Positions 42,802 through 52,384 are shown, counted from the first letter of the stretch. The stretch: DNA of 64,000 nucleotides from an uncultured Gemmatimonadales bacterium (GCA_963739455.1 CAVUAK010000002.1:260054-324053); one strand, 5' to 3'. Program-made: numbers and translations. Notes: a model not told the origin generated them from the sequence alone.

Positions 42802-43973
42802 CTACATCAGCATGTGCTTTGCAACGTCGACCAGGTCCGCGAACGACACCTGCCGCAGGATGATGGGAAGGAAGGGCAGGACCGTCGCCACCAGCAGGGG
42901 CAGGAAGTCCTTGATCTCGATGGGGATCGGGCGCATTTCCACCACGTGGCCCACCACGCTGAACAGGTCCGCGGTCGTCGAGAAGTCGGGAACGGCGAGG
43001 GCGTCCGGGGTCAGGTCACCCGCCTTGGCGAGCCAGCGCTCCTCCAGGCGGGAGCCAAGCTGAGGTAGCGAGGGCGCCATAGGTCAGTTCCGCATCGTCT
43101 TGGGCGTCCCGCATCGGCTTCACGAAAGCCAGGAGCGGGCCGGCACAAATCAGGAGAATGAAGACCATTGTTGCCACGACGACCGGCGTCAACGTCGTCG
43201 TGCTGCGGCTGTCGTAGATCACCAGGTTGGCCAGCGTGCCGGCGATGGCGCTGCCGAACGCCAGGGCAAGCAGTGGAAAGGCCCGCAGTGATTGCCCGAG
43301 AAATGCGAGACCCCCCGCCTTGTCGGGATGGGACGCGACGATCCGCACATCCATGTGCGCAATAGCGCCGCAGGCAGCGCATCCAGAGGAACAAGCGCCA
43401 GAACCAGGTCAGCAGCAGCGACATGAACAGGGGTTGGCTCACCAGGAGGCGCCACCAGCCGGCGTACGAGACACTGCGCCCGGTTTCGCCGCCGATGAGC
43501 AGCCAGTTCGCCGCGCCATACGAGATCCATGCCCGCGCTGACGCCAGTGTCATCGTGTAGGCCAGGACGAGGACGGCCAGCAACACCAGCTTCGAGCCGA
43601 GCAGGTTCCGGGTAGAGGTGAGGAGCGCGGTGAAGTCCGCCTGTCGGGAGGGCGGAATAAGCCGCGCCTCAATGAAATGACCCAGCACCCGGGTGAGCCA
43701 CAGCCGGGCCGGCGCTTCAGCGATGACGAGCAGTGGAACCGCCACAAGGAAGCGGGTGTACGCCGCGAAATCCTGCAGCAGCGACGCCTGGCCCGTCCCG
43801 ATCGCCAACCCCTGCAGCTGGGCGAGCACGGCCAGGGGAACCCAGGCCACGAGCACTGCAAGCAATGCCCGGCGCAGGACCGCCTTGTCCGCACCCGCAG
43901 GCAGGCGCAGGGCGTGCAGGAGGGACTGGAAGGGACCGGTGCCGAACGGATCTGCGGTACCGGGATCAGTCAC
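42802..43973 (-). CDS. multi-TM membrane protein of unknown function (two frameshifts)
   Basis: Joined frames 43011..44156, 43016..43354 and 42802..43080: WVPL, RFLVAVPLL, AGWW..LVSQP, HPDKAGGLAFLG, DFSTTADL; GTG start at 43973. Confidence 0.65.
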
Positions 43974-43975
43974 GG

Positions 43976-44809
43976 CTACTTCTTCTCCTCGGGCTTGTGC
44001 GCATTCGGGTACAGCAGGGCGAAGATGATGCGGAGCTGGCTCGACGGACCGTTGTCGGGATGCACCACATTGTAGTAGTACTGGACGCCGAGGTTGATGG
44101 GCCGCCGGCCCAACACCTGGGTTCGCGTAATACCGAGGCCGAGCGGAACGGTCCATTCCTGGCCCGACGGCGCCGACCAGTTGGCCGTGATGATCGGCCC
44201 GGTGGCGATGGCCCAGCCCTTCCCGAAGTTGTAGTTGATGAAGGGCTGGATCAGGAGTTGGTTCACCTCAGGGTCCCCGCCAGCGTCGGCAAAGGTCCAC
44301 AGCTGATTGGCCAGAAGGCCAATTACCCAACTGCCCCTCATCGTGAGGGCGACGGCCGTCGGGCCCACAGCCCACGAGCCGGTGCGGAAGAGCGGGTTCG
44401 TCGCAGCAGGCACCGAGAACTCCGGACCAATACCCCAAATGATCTTCCCTGGATGGGCCGGCGACAGAAATGTCTGGAAGATGATGTCTCCGATGCCGCC
44501 GACCTGTCCGCCATCCGGCGTGGGACTGCTGAGGTAGGGAACGATGGTCCGCGCGATCACGGTCCAGTCGGGCGTCACCTTGATCGGGATGACAGGCTGG
44601 ATATTCAGGTTGAACAGGGTGCCATCCCCGAGACCTCCACCAGTGTTGAAGTTGAACTGGAACGGAACCGTGATCAGGTCGGCCACCGGGTTCTGCGTTT
44701 GCATGGCCAGTGCCGTGGCGTCAATGGCTGGCTTCTGCTGCGCCGCCAGCGCACTCGCCGCGAGGAGCATGCAGCCGGTGAATACTGTCGCACTCCGCAC
44801 AATCCGCAT
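43976..44809 (-). CDS. putative outer-membrane beta-barrel protein
   Basis: Signal peptide; QNPVADLITVPFQ, QPVIP, GIGDI, QPFINYN and WTVPLG; alternating aromatic strands. Confidence 0.7.
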   Translation of the reverse strand: MRIVRSATVFTGCMLLAASALAAQQKPAIDATALAMQTQNPVADLITVPFQFNFNTGGGLGDGTLFNLNIQPVIPIKVTPDWTVIARTIVPYLSSPTPDGGQVGGIGDIIFQTFLSPAHPGKIIWGIGPEFSVPAATNPLFRTGSWAVGPTAVALTMRGSWVIGLLANQLWTFADAGGDPEVNQLLIQPFINYNFGKGWAIATGPIITANWSAPSGQEWTVPLGLGITRTQVLGRRPINLGVQYYYNVVHPDNGPSSQLRIIFALLYPNAHKPEEKK

Positions 44810-44911
44810 TACTGCCTCCCATGAATCCCGTGCCGTGACGCAGGCAACGCGCCCCCGAATGACCGCGGATGATGCACCTGCACGGCTCGCTTGTCGAGTG
44901 ATACCAAGGAC

Positions 44912-45613
44912 CTACTCGGAAAGCACGCGCCGCGCGGCCGCGACGATCTCGCGCACCTGCTCCGAGAACGTGAGGGAGGTCGTGTCAACTTCCACCGCGT
45001 CCTCTGCCCGGCGAAGCGGCGCCACCGACCGGGAGGCGTCGGCGCGGTCGCGGAGCGCGAGCCGCTCCGCCTCGCGCGCGAGCTCCTCAGCGTCGACCGC
45101 GGTGCCGCGCTGCTCAAGCCGGCGCCTCGCCCGCGCTTCCGGGCTCGCGGTGAGGAACACCTTGAGGTCGGCATCGGGAAAGACGACGGTGCCGATGTCG
45201 CGACCATCCACCACGACGCCGACGCCGGCGCGCGCCAGCTCGCGAAGTTTCGCGTTGATCCACTCCCGCACCACCGGCACCGCTGATACCGCCGACACGT
45301 GCGAGGTGACGAGCGTTGTTCGCAAGTCGGCGTCGGCTGGGGCGCCATCGAGATAGGCGGCGAAACCGGCGCCGTCTGGCTGCAGCATCAGGCCGCGGTC
45401 CTCTGCGCGGCGCAGCACCGAGTCGAAGGCCAGCGCGAGCGGATTGTCCACGCCGGCCCGAGCCGCTTCCTCGAGCGCCACGTGGGTAATGGCGCGATAG
45501 AGCGCGCCCGAATCGAGGTGCCCGAACCCCAGTGCTTCGGCCACCGCGCGCGCGGTGCTCGATTTCCCCGATGCCGCCGGGCCATCGATGGCGACGATGC
45601 CGCGGCGCATCAT
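44912..45613 (-). CDS. cmk: cytidylate kinase
   Basis: AIDGPAASGKS, LDSGALYR, DGRDIGTVVFPDA and RD..D..R..APL motifs. Confidence 0.95.
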   Translation of the reverse strand: MMRRGIVAIDGPAASGKSSTARAVAEALGFGHLDSGALYRAITHVALEEAARAGVDNPLALAFDSVLRRAEDRGLMLQPDGAGFAAYLDGAPADADLRTTLVTSHVSAVSAVPVVREWINAKLRELARAGVGVVVDGRDIGTVVFPDADLKVFLTASPEARARRRLEQRGTAVDAEELAREAERLALRDRADASRSVAPLRRAEDAVEVDTTSLTFSEQVREIVAAARRVLSE

Positions 45614-46881
45614 GTCCCGCGCACCCTGATACTCGCGAGGGTCTCGCGGAACCGGGGGAAGCTCACGTCGGCGCAGCGCATGTCGTCGATGGCAATGCGC
45701 GCCCCGGGAACGGTGCCGAGCACCGCGAACGCCATGGCAAGGCGGTGGTCTCCCTCCGTGCGCACCCGTCCCGATGGCACCTGGTCAGACCCGCTGACAT
45801 GCAGGTCATCACCCTGCACTTCGGCCTGTACACCCACGGCGCGGAGGTTCGTCGCCATCAGGCCGAGTCGGTCGCTCTCCTTTACCCGGAGCTCGCCGAC
45901 ATCGTGAAATACCGTGGTGCCGGCCGCCCTCGAGGCCACCACGGCGAGCAATGGAATTTCGTCAATCAATCCGGGAATCTCTCCCGCACTCACGTCGGTC
46001 CCGCGAAGCGAGCCCGGTGCCACCACCAGGTCACCCACCGGTTCGTCGAACTCCGTCGTCACCGACTCGATGCGTGGCGTTGCACCCATGCGCTGCAGCA
46101 CCGCCAGGAACCCGATCCGTGTCGGGTTGATTCCCACGCCGGTAATGCGGAGTTCCCCGCCCTCGGCGATCAGTGCGGCACCCGCCAGGAAGGCGGCTGA
46201 CGACGGATCGCCGGGCACCTGGAGGTCGAATGGCTCGATCCTGCCCGTCGGTGACATCTCGATCCACCCGTCGGCTGCGTCGTCGACCCTGTACCCGAAC
46301 GCGCGCAGCAGGCGCTCGGTATGGTCGCGGGAGCGGCCGAATGGCTCGCGAATCGCAACCTCTACACTTCCAGTCACGCCAGCGAGCAGAAGGCAGCTCT
46401 TGATCTGGGCACTCGAGACCGGCTGTTCGTACCGGATGGCCCGAAGTGAACCGCCCTTGATGGTGAGTGGCAGTCCATCATCGTGCATCTCGGAGAAGCG
46501 CGCCCCCATCTGGGAGAGCGGAACCGTGACGCGCCGCATCGGCCGGCGCCGCAGCGAGCGGTCGCCAGTCAGGGTGGCCGCGAAACGGTGACCCGCGAGC
46601 ATACCCAGGAGCAATCGCGTGGTGGTGCCGGAATTGCCGCAGTCGAGAATACCCTCAGCACGACGGAGGCGGCCGCGCCCCTGGATTTCGATGACACTTC
46701 CGGCGCGGAGTGCGGAGATACCGACGCCGAGCTGGCGCAGTACCCGCGCGCTCGAGCGGGCGTCAAGCGACGTCAGCGCGCCGCCGACATGGCTTCGCCC
46801 CTTCGCGAGCGCGCCGAAGAGGAGCGCGCGATGCGTAATGCTCTTGTCGCCGGGGACTCGTACGCTACCGTGCACCCTCAT
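45610..46881 (-). CDS. aroA: 3-phosphoshikimate 1-carboxyvinyltransferase (EPSP synthase)
   Basis: PGDKSITHR, GNSGTT, SAQIKS, RDHTE, ELRVKESDR and DHRLAM motifs. Confidence 0.95.
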   Translation of the reverse strand: MRVHGSVRVPGDKSITHRALLFGALAKGRSHVGGALTSLDARSSARVLRQLGVGISALRAGSVIEIQGRGRLRRAEGILDCGNSGTTTRLLLGMLAGHRFAATLTGDRSLRRRPMRRVTVPLSQMGARFSEMHDDGLPLTIKGGSLRAIRYEQPVSSAQIKSCLLLAGVTGSVEVAIREPFGRSRDHTERLLRAFGYRVDDAADGWIEMSPTGRIEPFDLQVPGDPSSAAFLAGAALIAEGGELRITGVGINPTRIGFLAVLQRMGATPRIESVTTEFDEPVGDLVVAPGSLRGTDVSAGEIPGLIDEIPLLAVVASRAAGTTVFHDVGELRVKESDRLGLMATNLRAVGVQAEVQGDDLHVSGSDQVPSGRVRTEGDHRLAMAFAVLGTVPGARIAIDDMRCADVSFPRFRETLASIRVRGT

Positions 46882-47763
46882 CGATCCAGGCCCTTCCGGA
46901 ACGCGACGCCCCGCGCCAGGAAATCCTTGACGCCGGCCGCGTCGCGTGAAGCGACCAGGGCGCGAAGTTGTTCCAGCGCCGCGCCAGCCTGCGCCAGCGC
47001 CTCGGCTACCGGGCCACTGTTCGCCAGGAAGATCTCGGCCCACAGCTCGGGATCGCTCGCCGCGAGCCGGGTGGTGTCGCGCCCCCCTGAGCCGAACGAC
47101 ACGCCACCAAGTGCGCGCGCGCCAAGTGCCACGGCCAGTGCGGATGACACTGCCTGCGGAAGGTGACTTGTCCAGGCAAGCTGGATGTCGTGCGCGGCGG
47201 CATCGATGGTCACCACCTGCGATTCACCCACGAGCTTCCAGAAGCTGGCCACAGCCCGCGCGACACCGTCACCCTCGAGCGTCCCGGTGGGGCACACGTA
47301 GACGACGGCATTGCGGAAGAGGTCCGCACGCGCCGCGGCAAATCCGGTTTCATGCGTGCCGGCGAGCGGGTGTGCCCCGGCGAACCGGGCGGCGAGGCCC
47401 GCCGCCCGGGCCTGCTCGATCACCGGCGCCTTGATGCTTGCCACATCGGAGAGGATGGCGCCGGGCGCGAGCCATGACGATGCCCGCGCGATAAGTTCCA
47501 GCGTGGCCGACGGCGGGGTGGCGAGGACGACGAACGCGACACCGCGCGCCGCTCCCTGGGGGGAGTCCGCGCCCTCGGAGATTGCGCCGCGCTTGAGGGC
47601 CTCGATGACGTCCGCGGTCGAACGGGAGTAGCCGACCACGCGCTTGACGCCCGCTTGCGTGGCACGCCATGCGAGCGACCCGCCAATGGCGCCGAGTCCG
47701 ATGATGCCGATCGAGTCGGGAAGGATGGCAAAAATCCCGGGGTCGCACGTGTTGTGAGGTCAC
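46878..47763 (-). CDS. tyrA: prephenate dehydrogenase (probable extra T in homopolymer near 47732)
   Basis: IGIIGLGAIGGS, DVASIK, HPLAG, HD..LAWTSHLP and GGRDTTRLA motifs; start uncertain. Confidence 0.85.
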
Positions 47764-47804
47764 TGCCGACAGGTCCGAGCGGCAGTTGCCGCCGGACCGG
47801 AAGC

Positions 47805-47833
47805 ATTGTAGCTATCGGCAGTTGCAGGCACAA
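47805..47833 (-). promoter_or_regulatory. sigma70-like promoter of tyrA-aroA-cmk
   Basis: Minus strand TTGTGC-17 nt-TACAAT. Confidence 0.55.
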
Positions 47834-47951
47834 CGCGCAGCCCAATATCGGTAATGGGAGATGGCCGGACAGCCGGGCCAGGATCTTGCTGACTCTGGGC
47901 CGGCTGGAGCATAGTCTGCAGCGCGACGTCCCCTTCGACACCAGAGACCGA

Positions 47952-48452
47952 ATGACTGGATCAGCCAGCCGGCCGCAGTCCTCACGCAGTGCGCTCGCCG
48001 AGGCCTACGAGCAAGCCGTGAAGTCGGAGGCGGAAAAGAAGGCCCAGAGTCTCGCCGTACAACGCAAACGCTTCCGTACCCGGGTCGTCCTCCTCAGCCT
48101 GGCCTGGGTCATCATTGTTGGGTGTCTCGCGACTGTTGCATTGCACCCGGAGTGGTTCGGGCTCGGTGATGTCGCGGAAACGCCGAACGAGCGCGACGCG
48201 AACCTGCGGCTCACGCTGTATGTGGCCGGCCAGCAACTGGCGGCGTTCAAGAAACAGCGCGGCACGTTCCCGGATCGCCTGGCGGACGCCGGTACGTTTG
48301 CCCCGGGCCTGGTGTACGTGAAGACGCCGGACGGCGGCTATGTCCTCAAGCTCTCGCGCGGGGAGGACAGGGTCACGCTGACCTCCAAGGACTCGTTGAG
48401 CGCCTTCCTCAGTCCCAGCCTCACGCGCCTTGTGCAGCGCAGGGGGAAGTGA
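47952..48452 (+). CDS. single-TM hypothetical protein with a pilin/GspG-like periplasmic part
   Basis: ATG at 47952; basic stretch then TM, then helix ...FKKQRGTFPDRL..; overlaps the next gene (GTGA). Confidence 0.6.
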   Translation: MTGSASRPQSSRSALAEAYEQAVKSEAEKKAQSLAVQRKRFRTRVVLLSLAWVIIVGCLATVALHPEWFGLGDVAETPNERDANLRLTLYVAGQQLAAFKKQRGTFPDRLADAGTFAPGLVYVKTPDGGYVLKLSRGEDRVTLTSKDSLSAFLSPSLTRLVQRRGK

Positions 48453-48901
48453 CCATGTCGCTACGCGATCGGCGTGGTTTCACCCTCATCGAGTTGCTGA
48501 CGGTGGTCACCATTCTGGGAGTGCTGGCCGCGATCTCCACCATGCGGTACCTCTCACTCGAGAACGATGGCCTCGCCGCGAAGGTGGGCTCCGAGATGCA
48601 GGAGATCCGGCTCGCCAGCATCAACTATTTCTCGGAACACGAGATCTGGCCCGGCCCCGCAGGCGCGGGCACCATTCCCGTTGAGCTTGTGCCGCTCCTC
48701 TCCGGTGCCACGCAGTTCGACACGCCGAACTACACCCTGGAGTGGGTGAACGCGGGTGATGGCCTCATCGGCGTGATTGTGCGGGGCACGCGACCCGGCC
48801 TCTCGCAGAAACTGGTGCAGCGCCTGGTGTACGGAAGCCCGTACGTGCCCTACGGCAGCGACGTGATGTACATCATCAAGGCGCCCGGGATCGATATGTA
48901 G
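48449..48901 (+). CDS. prepilin-type N-terminal cleavage/methylation domain protein
   Basis: RRG|FTLIELLTVVTILGVLAAI class III signal with Glu5. Confidence 0.88.
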   Translation: MTMSLRDRRGFTLIELLTVVTILGVLAAISTMRYLSLENDGLAAKVGSEMQEIRLASINYFSEHEIWPGPAGAGTIPVELVPLLSGATQFDTPNYTLEWVNAGDGLIGVIVRGTRPGLSQKLVQRLVYGSPYVPYGSDVMYIIKAPGIDM

Positions 48902-50974
48902 CCTGCTCCTCGAGCAGGACGACAGCGAAGCCCTGCAACTCCACCGCCCCGGTCATCGACTCACCCTCGATACCGGGGCGAGTCGTATCCAGCATCAGGC
49001 GCCAGGGACCCGGGGGCAGGTGCTGGTGTACCGTTGCCTCGCCCCCGTTCATCAGCAGCACAATGCGAGTGGTGAGGTCCGGGGATTCTCCTGCCTCGAC
49101 AGCACCCTGCACCTCCGTGTCGAGCAGGACCGCGCACGGATCGCGTGCTCGATCGTGCCAGTCGGCCTCGGACATGGCGCCGCCGGAAGCCCGCAGCCAG
49201 TGCGCCGCACCACCAGCGGCCCCCTGGCCGGGCAGGAACGTGGAAGTCCGGAACACGGTGTATCGCCGCCGCAGCGCGAGTACGCGGCGGGTGAACGCAA
49301 GCATGTCCCCGGATGCCGGTGAGGCAATCCAGGGCAACCAGCTCAGCGCGGAGTCCTGGCACCAGGGATTGTTGTTCCCCTGCTGGGTGCGGGCCAGCTC
49401 ATCGCCCTGGCCCAGCATCGGGACGCCGAGTGAGAACGCGAGCGTCGCCATCATGCCCCGCGTGGCACGTTCACGGTGCTCGGCGTACGCGCGGATCGGC
49501 GGTGGGACCCTCTACTCCCCAGTTGCGGCTCTCGTTCCATTCGGAGCCGTCCCGATTGCGCTCACCATTGGCCAGGTTGTGCTTGCGCTCATAGGAGACG
49601 AGGTCCTGCAGCGTGAACCCGTCGTGGCACGCGATGAAGTTGATGCTCGCTTGCGGGGATCGCGCGTGCGAGAAGAGGTCACTCGAGCCGCTCAGGCGGG
49701 TGGCGAGCTCGCCCATATCGCCCGTACCGCGCCAGAAGCGCCGGACGGTGTCGCGGTAGCGGCCATTCCATTCGGCAAATCCTGCGGGAAACGCGCCTTG
49801 CTGATAGCCACCGGGACCGAGGTCCCACGGTTCAGCGATGAGCTTCACGTGCTGGAGGTGCGGATCCGCCAGGATTTCCCGGAGGAGGGTCGCGCCGGCA
49901 TCAAACGCCAGCGGATCCCGCCCGAGCACCGGGGCCAGGTCGAAGCGGAATCCGTCAACGTGCATCTCATTCACCCAGAACCGAAGGCTGTCGAGGATGA
50001 GCCGGCGCACCATCGGGTGGCGCGCGTCGAGTGTATTGCCGCACCCGGTGAAGTCCTCGTACATGGCGCCCGAGCCGTCGTGCTGCAGCCGGTAGTAGGC
50101 GGCGTTGTCGAGCCCGCGGAACGCCAGCGTCGGCCCGTCCACCGCGCCCTCTCCCGTGTGGTTGTACACGACATCCAGCAACACCTCGATGCCGGCGGCA
50201 TGAAGCCGTCGCACCATCTCCCGGAATTCATGGCGCTCGCGGCCAGCGACGCTCGCGAAGCGGCGGTCGGGGGCAAAGAACCCGACCGTGGCATATCCCC
50301 AGTAGTTCGTGAGGCCGTTTCGCGCGAGCAGCGCGCTGTCGGCTGCGGGTTGAACGGGCAGGAGTTCCACCGCGGTGACGCCGAGGCCCTTGAGGTGCTC
50401 GACAACAGGCTCCGCAGACAGGCCAAGCCAGGTGCCCCGCAATGCCGGCGGCACGGCGGGATGCAGCGCCGTCATTCCCTTCACGTGGCACTCGTAGATC
50501 ACGCTCTCGGACCAGGACACCGCCGGCGGACGATCACCCTGCCAGTCGAAATCGTCCGCGACAACCACACTGCGGGGAAGGTGCGCCGATGAATCAGTGG
50601 TGTCAGGATGCAGGGGTCCACTGGTTCCGGCTCGATGCGCGACGCGAAGACTCTCATGCCACCGGATTGCTCCGTCGATGACGCGCGCGTAGGGATCGAG
50701 CAGCAGCTTGGCGGGATTGAACAGGTGTCCCGCACCTGGATTCCACGGGCCATACGCGCGGAAACCATAGCGTGAGCCCGGGCGGGCCACCGCGCTGCGG
50801 AGGTGCCACATTCCATCGCCATCCCGCTCCATCGGAAGGCGTGTGGCGGTCATCGTCGAGCACCAGCTCGATCGACGTCGCGTGGCCGGAAAAGAGCCTG
50901 AAGGTGGTGGCGCTGCCGTCCCATGTCGCGCCGAGTGGCGGGTGTCCGGTGCCGTCGCCCACAGCTGGTGTCAT
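48876..50974 (-). CDS. glgX: glycogen debranching enzyme GlgX (GH13; two frameshifts)
   Basis: PLGATWDG, LLDPYA, NYWGY, DVVYNHT, DGFRFDLA, AEPWD, HDGFTL.D and GDE..RTQQGNNN. Confidence 0.9.
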
Positions 50975-51276
50975 GCGCGGAACGATAACAAGCGAGCCGG
51001 TGCGTTGTGGGGTGACCGAGAATCGTCAGGGGATGCGACACCATGCACCGAACTGCGCGCGCCCGGGATCGAAGCGGCCAGGAAGCGATTCTGTCGTCGT
51101 CCTGATACAGCCTCGGTCCACGAGGCTCGGATATGGGTCGAACGGCCTACGTGCAAGGGGCTGCACCCGCCTCTGCATACTGTTATTGCTGAATGGCTTA
51201 CCGAAGGACCGATGTGGGCGGAGTCGATGGCACGACTCCGGTATTACCAAGGGCAACCTCAACAGAAGGCTGCCCC

Positions 51277-51486
51277 ATGTCGTTGCTCGAGTACGTGACG
51301 CCGCGCAAGCTTGAGGACCCGGCTGACTACACGACGTCCAAGGCCATGCTCGTCAAGGAACGGCGCACCTGGCTCACCAGCGGAGCCAACGTCATCGAGG
51401 GGCGCGTGTGGCGCCACGCCGAGATCGTGATCGAGGCGAAGCACTCGCAGTGGGACCGCGAGAACTGCCGCCAGCGGGTCGCCTAG
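51277..51486 (+). CDS. small hypothetical protein (69 aa)
   Basis: ATG at 51277 after AGAAGG; GC3-rich codons; converges on rpsD. Confidence 0.5.
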   Translation: MSLLEYVTPRKLEDPADYTTSKAMLVKERRTWLTSGANVIEGRVWRHAEIVIEAKHSQWDRENCRQRVA

Positions 51487-51492
51487 GCTCGG

Positions 51493-52089
51493 CTAGCGCG
51501 AGTAGAACTCCACGACGAGCGGCAGCTGACAGATCACGGGGATCTGGGTTGCCTCGGGAAGCTCGCGCAGCCGGGCGCCGTCACCCCGAAGTTCCAGATA
51601 TGACGGTGCACGGGTGGCCTCCATGGCCATCACCACCTGCGGAATGGCGCGAGCCTTCTCCGTGAGCGCCACCTCGTCGCCCGGCTTCACCGCGTGGCTC
51701 GGGAAGGAAACCCGCCGCCCGTTCAGCTTCACGTGCCCGTGCACCACCAGCTGGCGCGCAGCGAAGATGGTGCGCGCGTAGCCGGCGCGAAGCACGAGCG
51801 CGTCGATGCGCGTCTCCAGCAACTGCAGGAGGGCCGCGCCCACGTTACCACCCCGTCGTGACGCTTCCTCGAAGTAATTCCTGAGCTGCCGCTCACCAAC
51901 ATTGTACTGCGCCCGCAGCCGCTGCTTCTCCATGAGCTGCCGCTTGTAGTTGGACATCTTGCCCGGCCGTTGGTTCTGGCCGTGCTGCCCCGGCGTGCCA
52001 GGACGCCGGTCCAGGTGCTTCTGCGCCTTGGGCGTGAGGGGAATGCCGAGCTGGCGCGAGATGCGCACCTTGGGACCGCGGAGATTCAT
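51493..52089 (-). CDS. rpsD: 30S ribosomal protein S4, paralog lacking the zinc ribbon
   Basis: PGQHG, EKQRLR..Y, LETRID, ARQLVVHGH and VVEFYSR; N-terminus GPKVRISRQLGIPLTPK has no CxxC; located outside the alpha operon. Confidence 0.92.
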   Translation of the reverse strand: MNLRGPKVRISRQLGIPLTPKAQKHLDRRPGTPGQHGQNQRPGKMSNYKRQLMEKQRLRAQYNVGERQLRNYFEEASRRGGNVGAALLQLLETRIDALVLRAGYARTIFAARQLVVHGHVKLNGRRVSFPSHAVKPGDEVALTEKARAIPQVVMAMEATRAPSYLELRGDGARLRELPEATQIPVICQLPLVVEFYSR

Positions 52090-52328
52090 GCGTCGCTTCC
52101 TTCAAAGCGGATGCCGAGTGACTGCTCGAGAGAACGGTAGATCTGCTGGAGGTTCGTGTTGGCCTCACCCAGTGCCGAGGCCAGCGCACCGAGACCCTCA
52201 TCGGTGACGTGCGCGGTAATGCCGCCCACCGAGATATGGATGGAGCCACAGCTGCACCGCTCCACTGCCACGAAGTCATTGGCTGCGAGCAGCTGGAGGG
52301 AGCCGCACTGGACTGAACGCGGTGTCAT
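52086..52328 (-). CDS. small Cys/His-containing hypothetical protein (80 aa)
   Basis: RBS GGAG; QCG...RCSCGSIH...AH; stop overlaps the rpsD start (ATGA). Confidence 0.65.
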   Translation of the reverse strand: MTPRSVQCGSLQLLAANDFVAVERCSCGSIHISVGGITAHVTDEGLGALASALGEANTNLQQIYRSLEQSLGIRFEGSDA

Positions 52329-52347
52329 CGGGTCTCCGGGTCAGGCA

Positions 52348-52384
52348 TTGAGAATGACGCGCCACGGTTGAGAATGAATGTCAA
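52348..52384. promoter_or_regulatory. Fur/Zur-like operator
   Basis: Imperfect palindrome TTGAGAAT-G-AATGTCAA (52368-52384) plus a second TTGAGAATGA 20 bp away (52348-52357); AT-rich in a GC-rich background. Confidence 0.55.

Noticed and set aside
48903-48910. CCTGCTCC resembling part of the tRNA-Leu 3' end (possible att site)
   Set aside because: Only 8 bp, in the opposite orientation to the tRNA and inside glgX
51228-51243. Possible sigma54 promoter TGGCACG upstream of the 69-aa ORF
   Set aside because: The -24 element matches but the -12 position reads CGGT rather than TTGC
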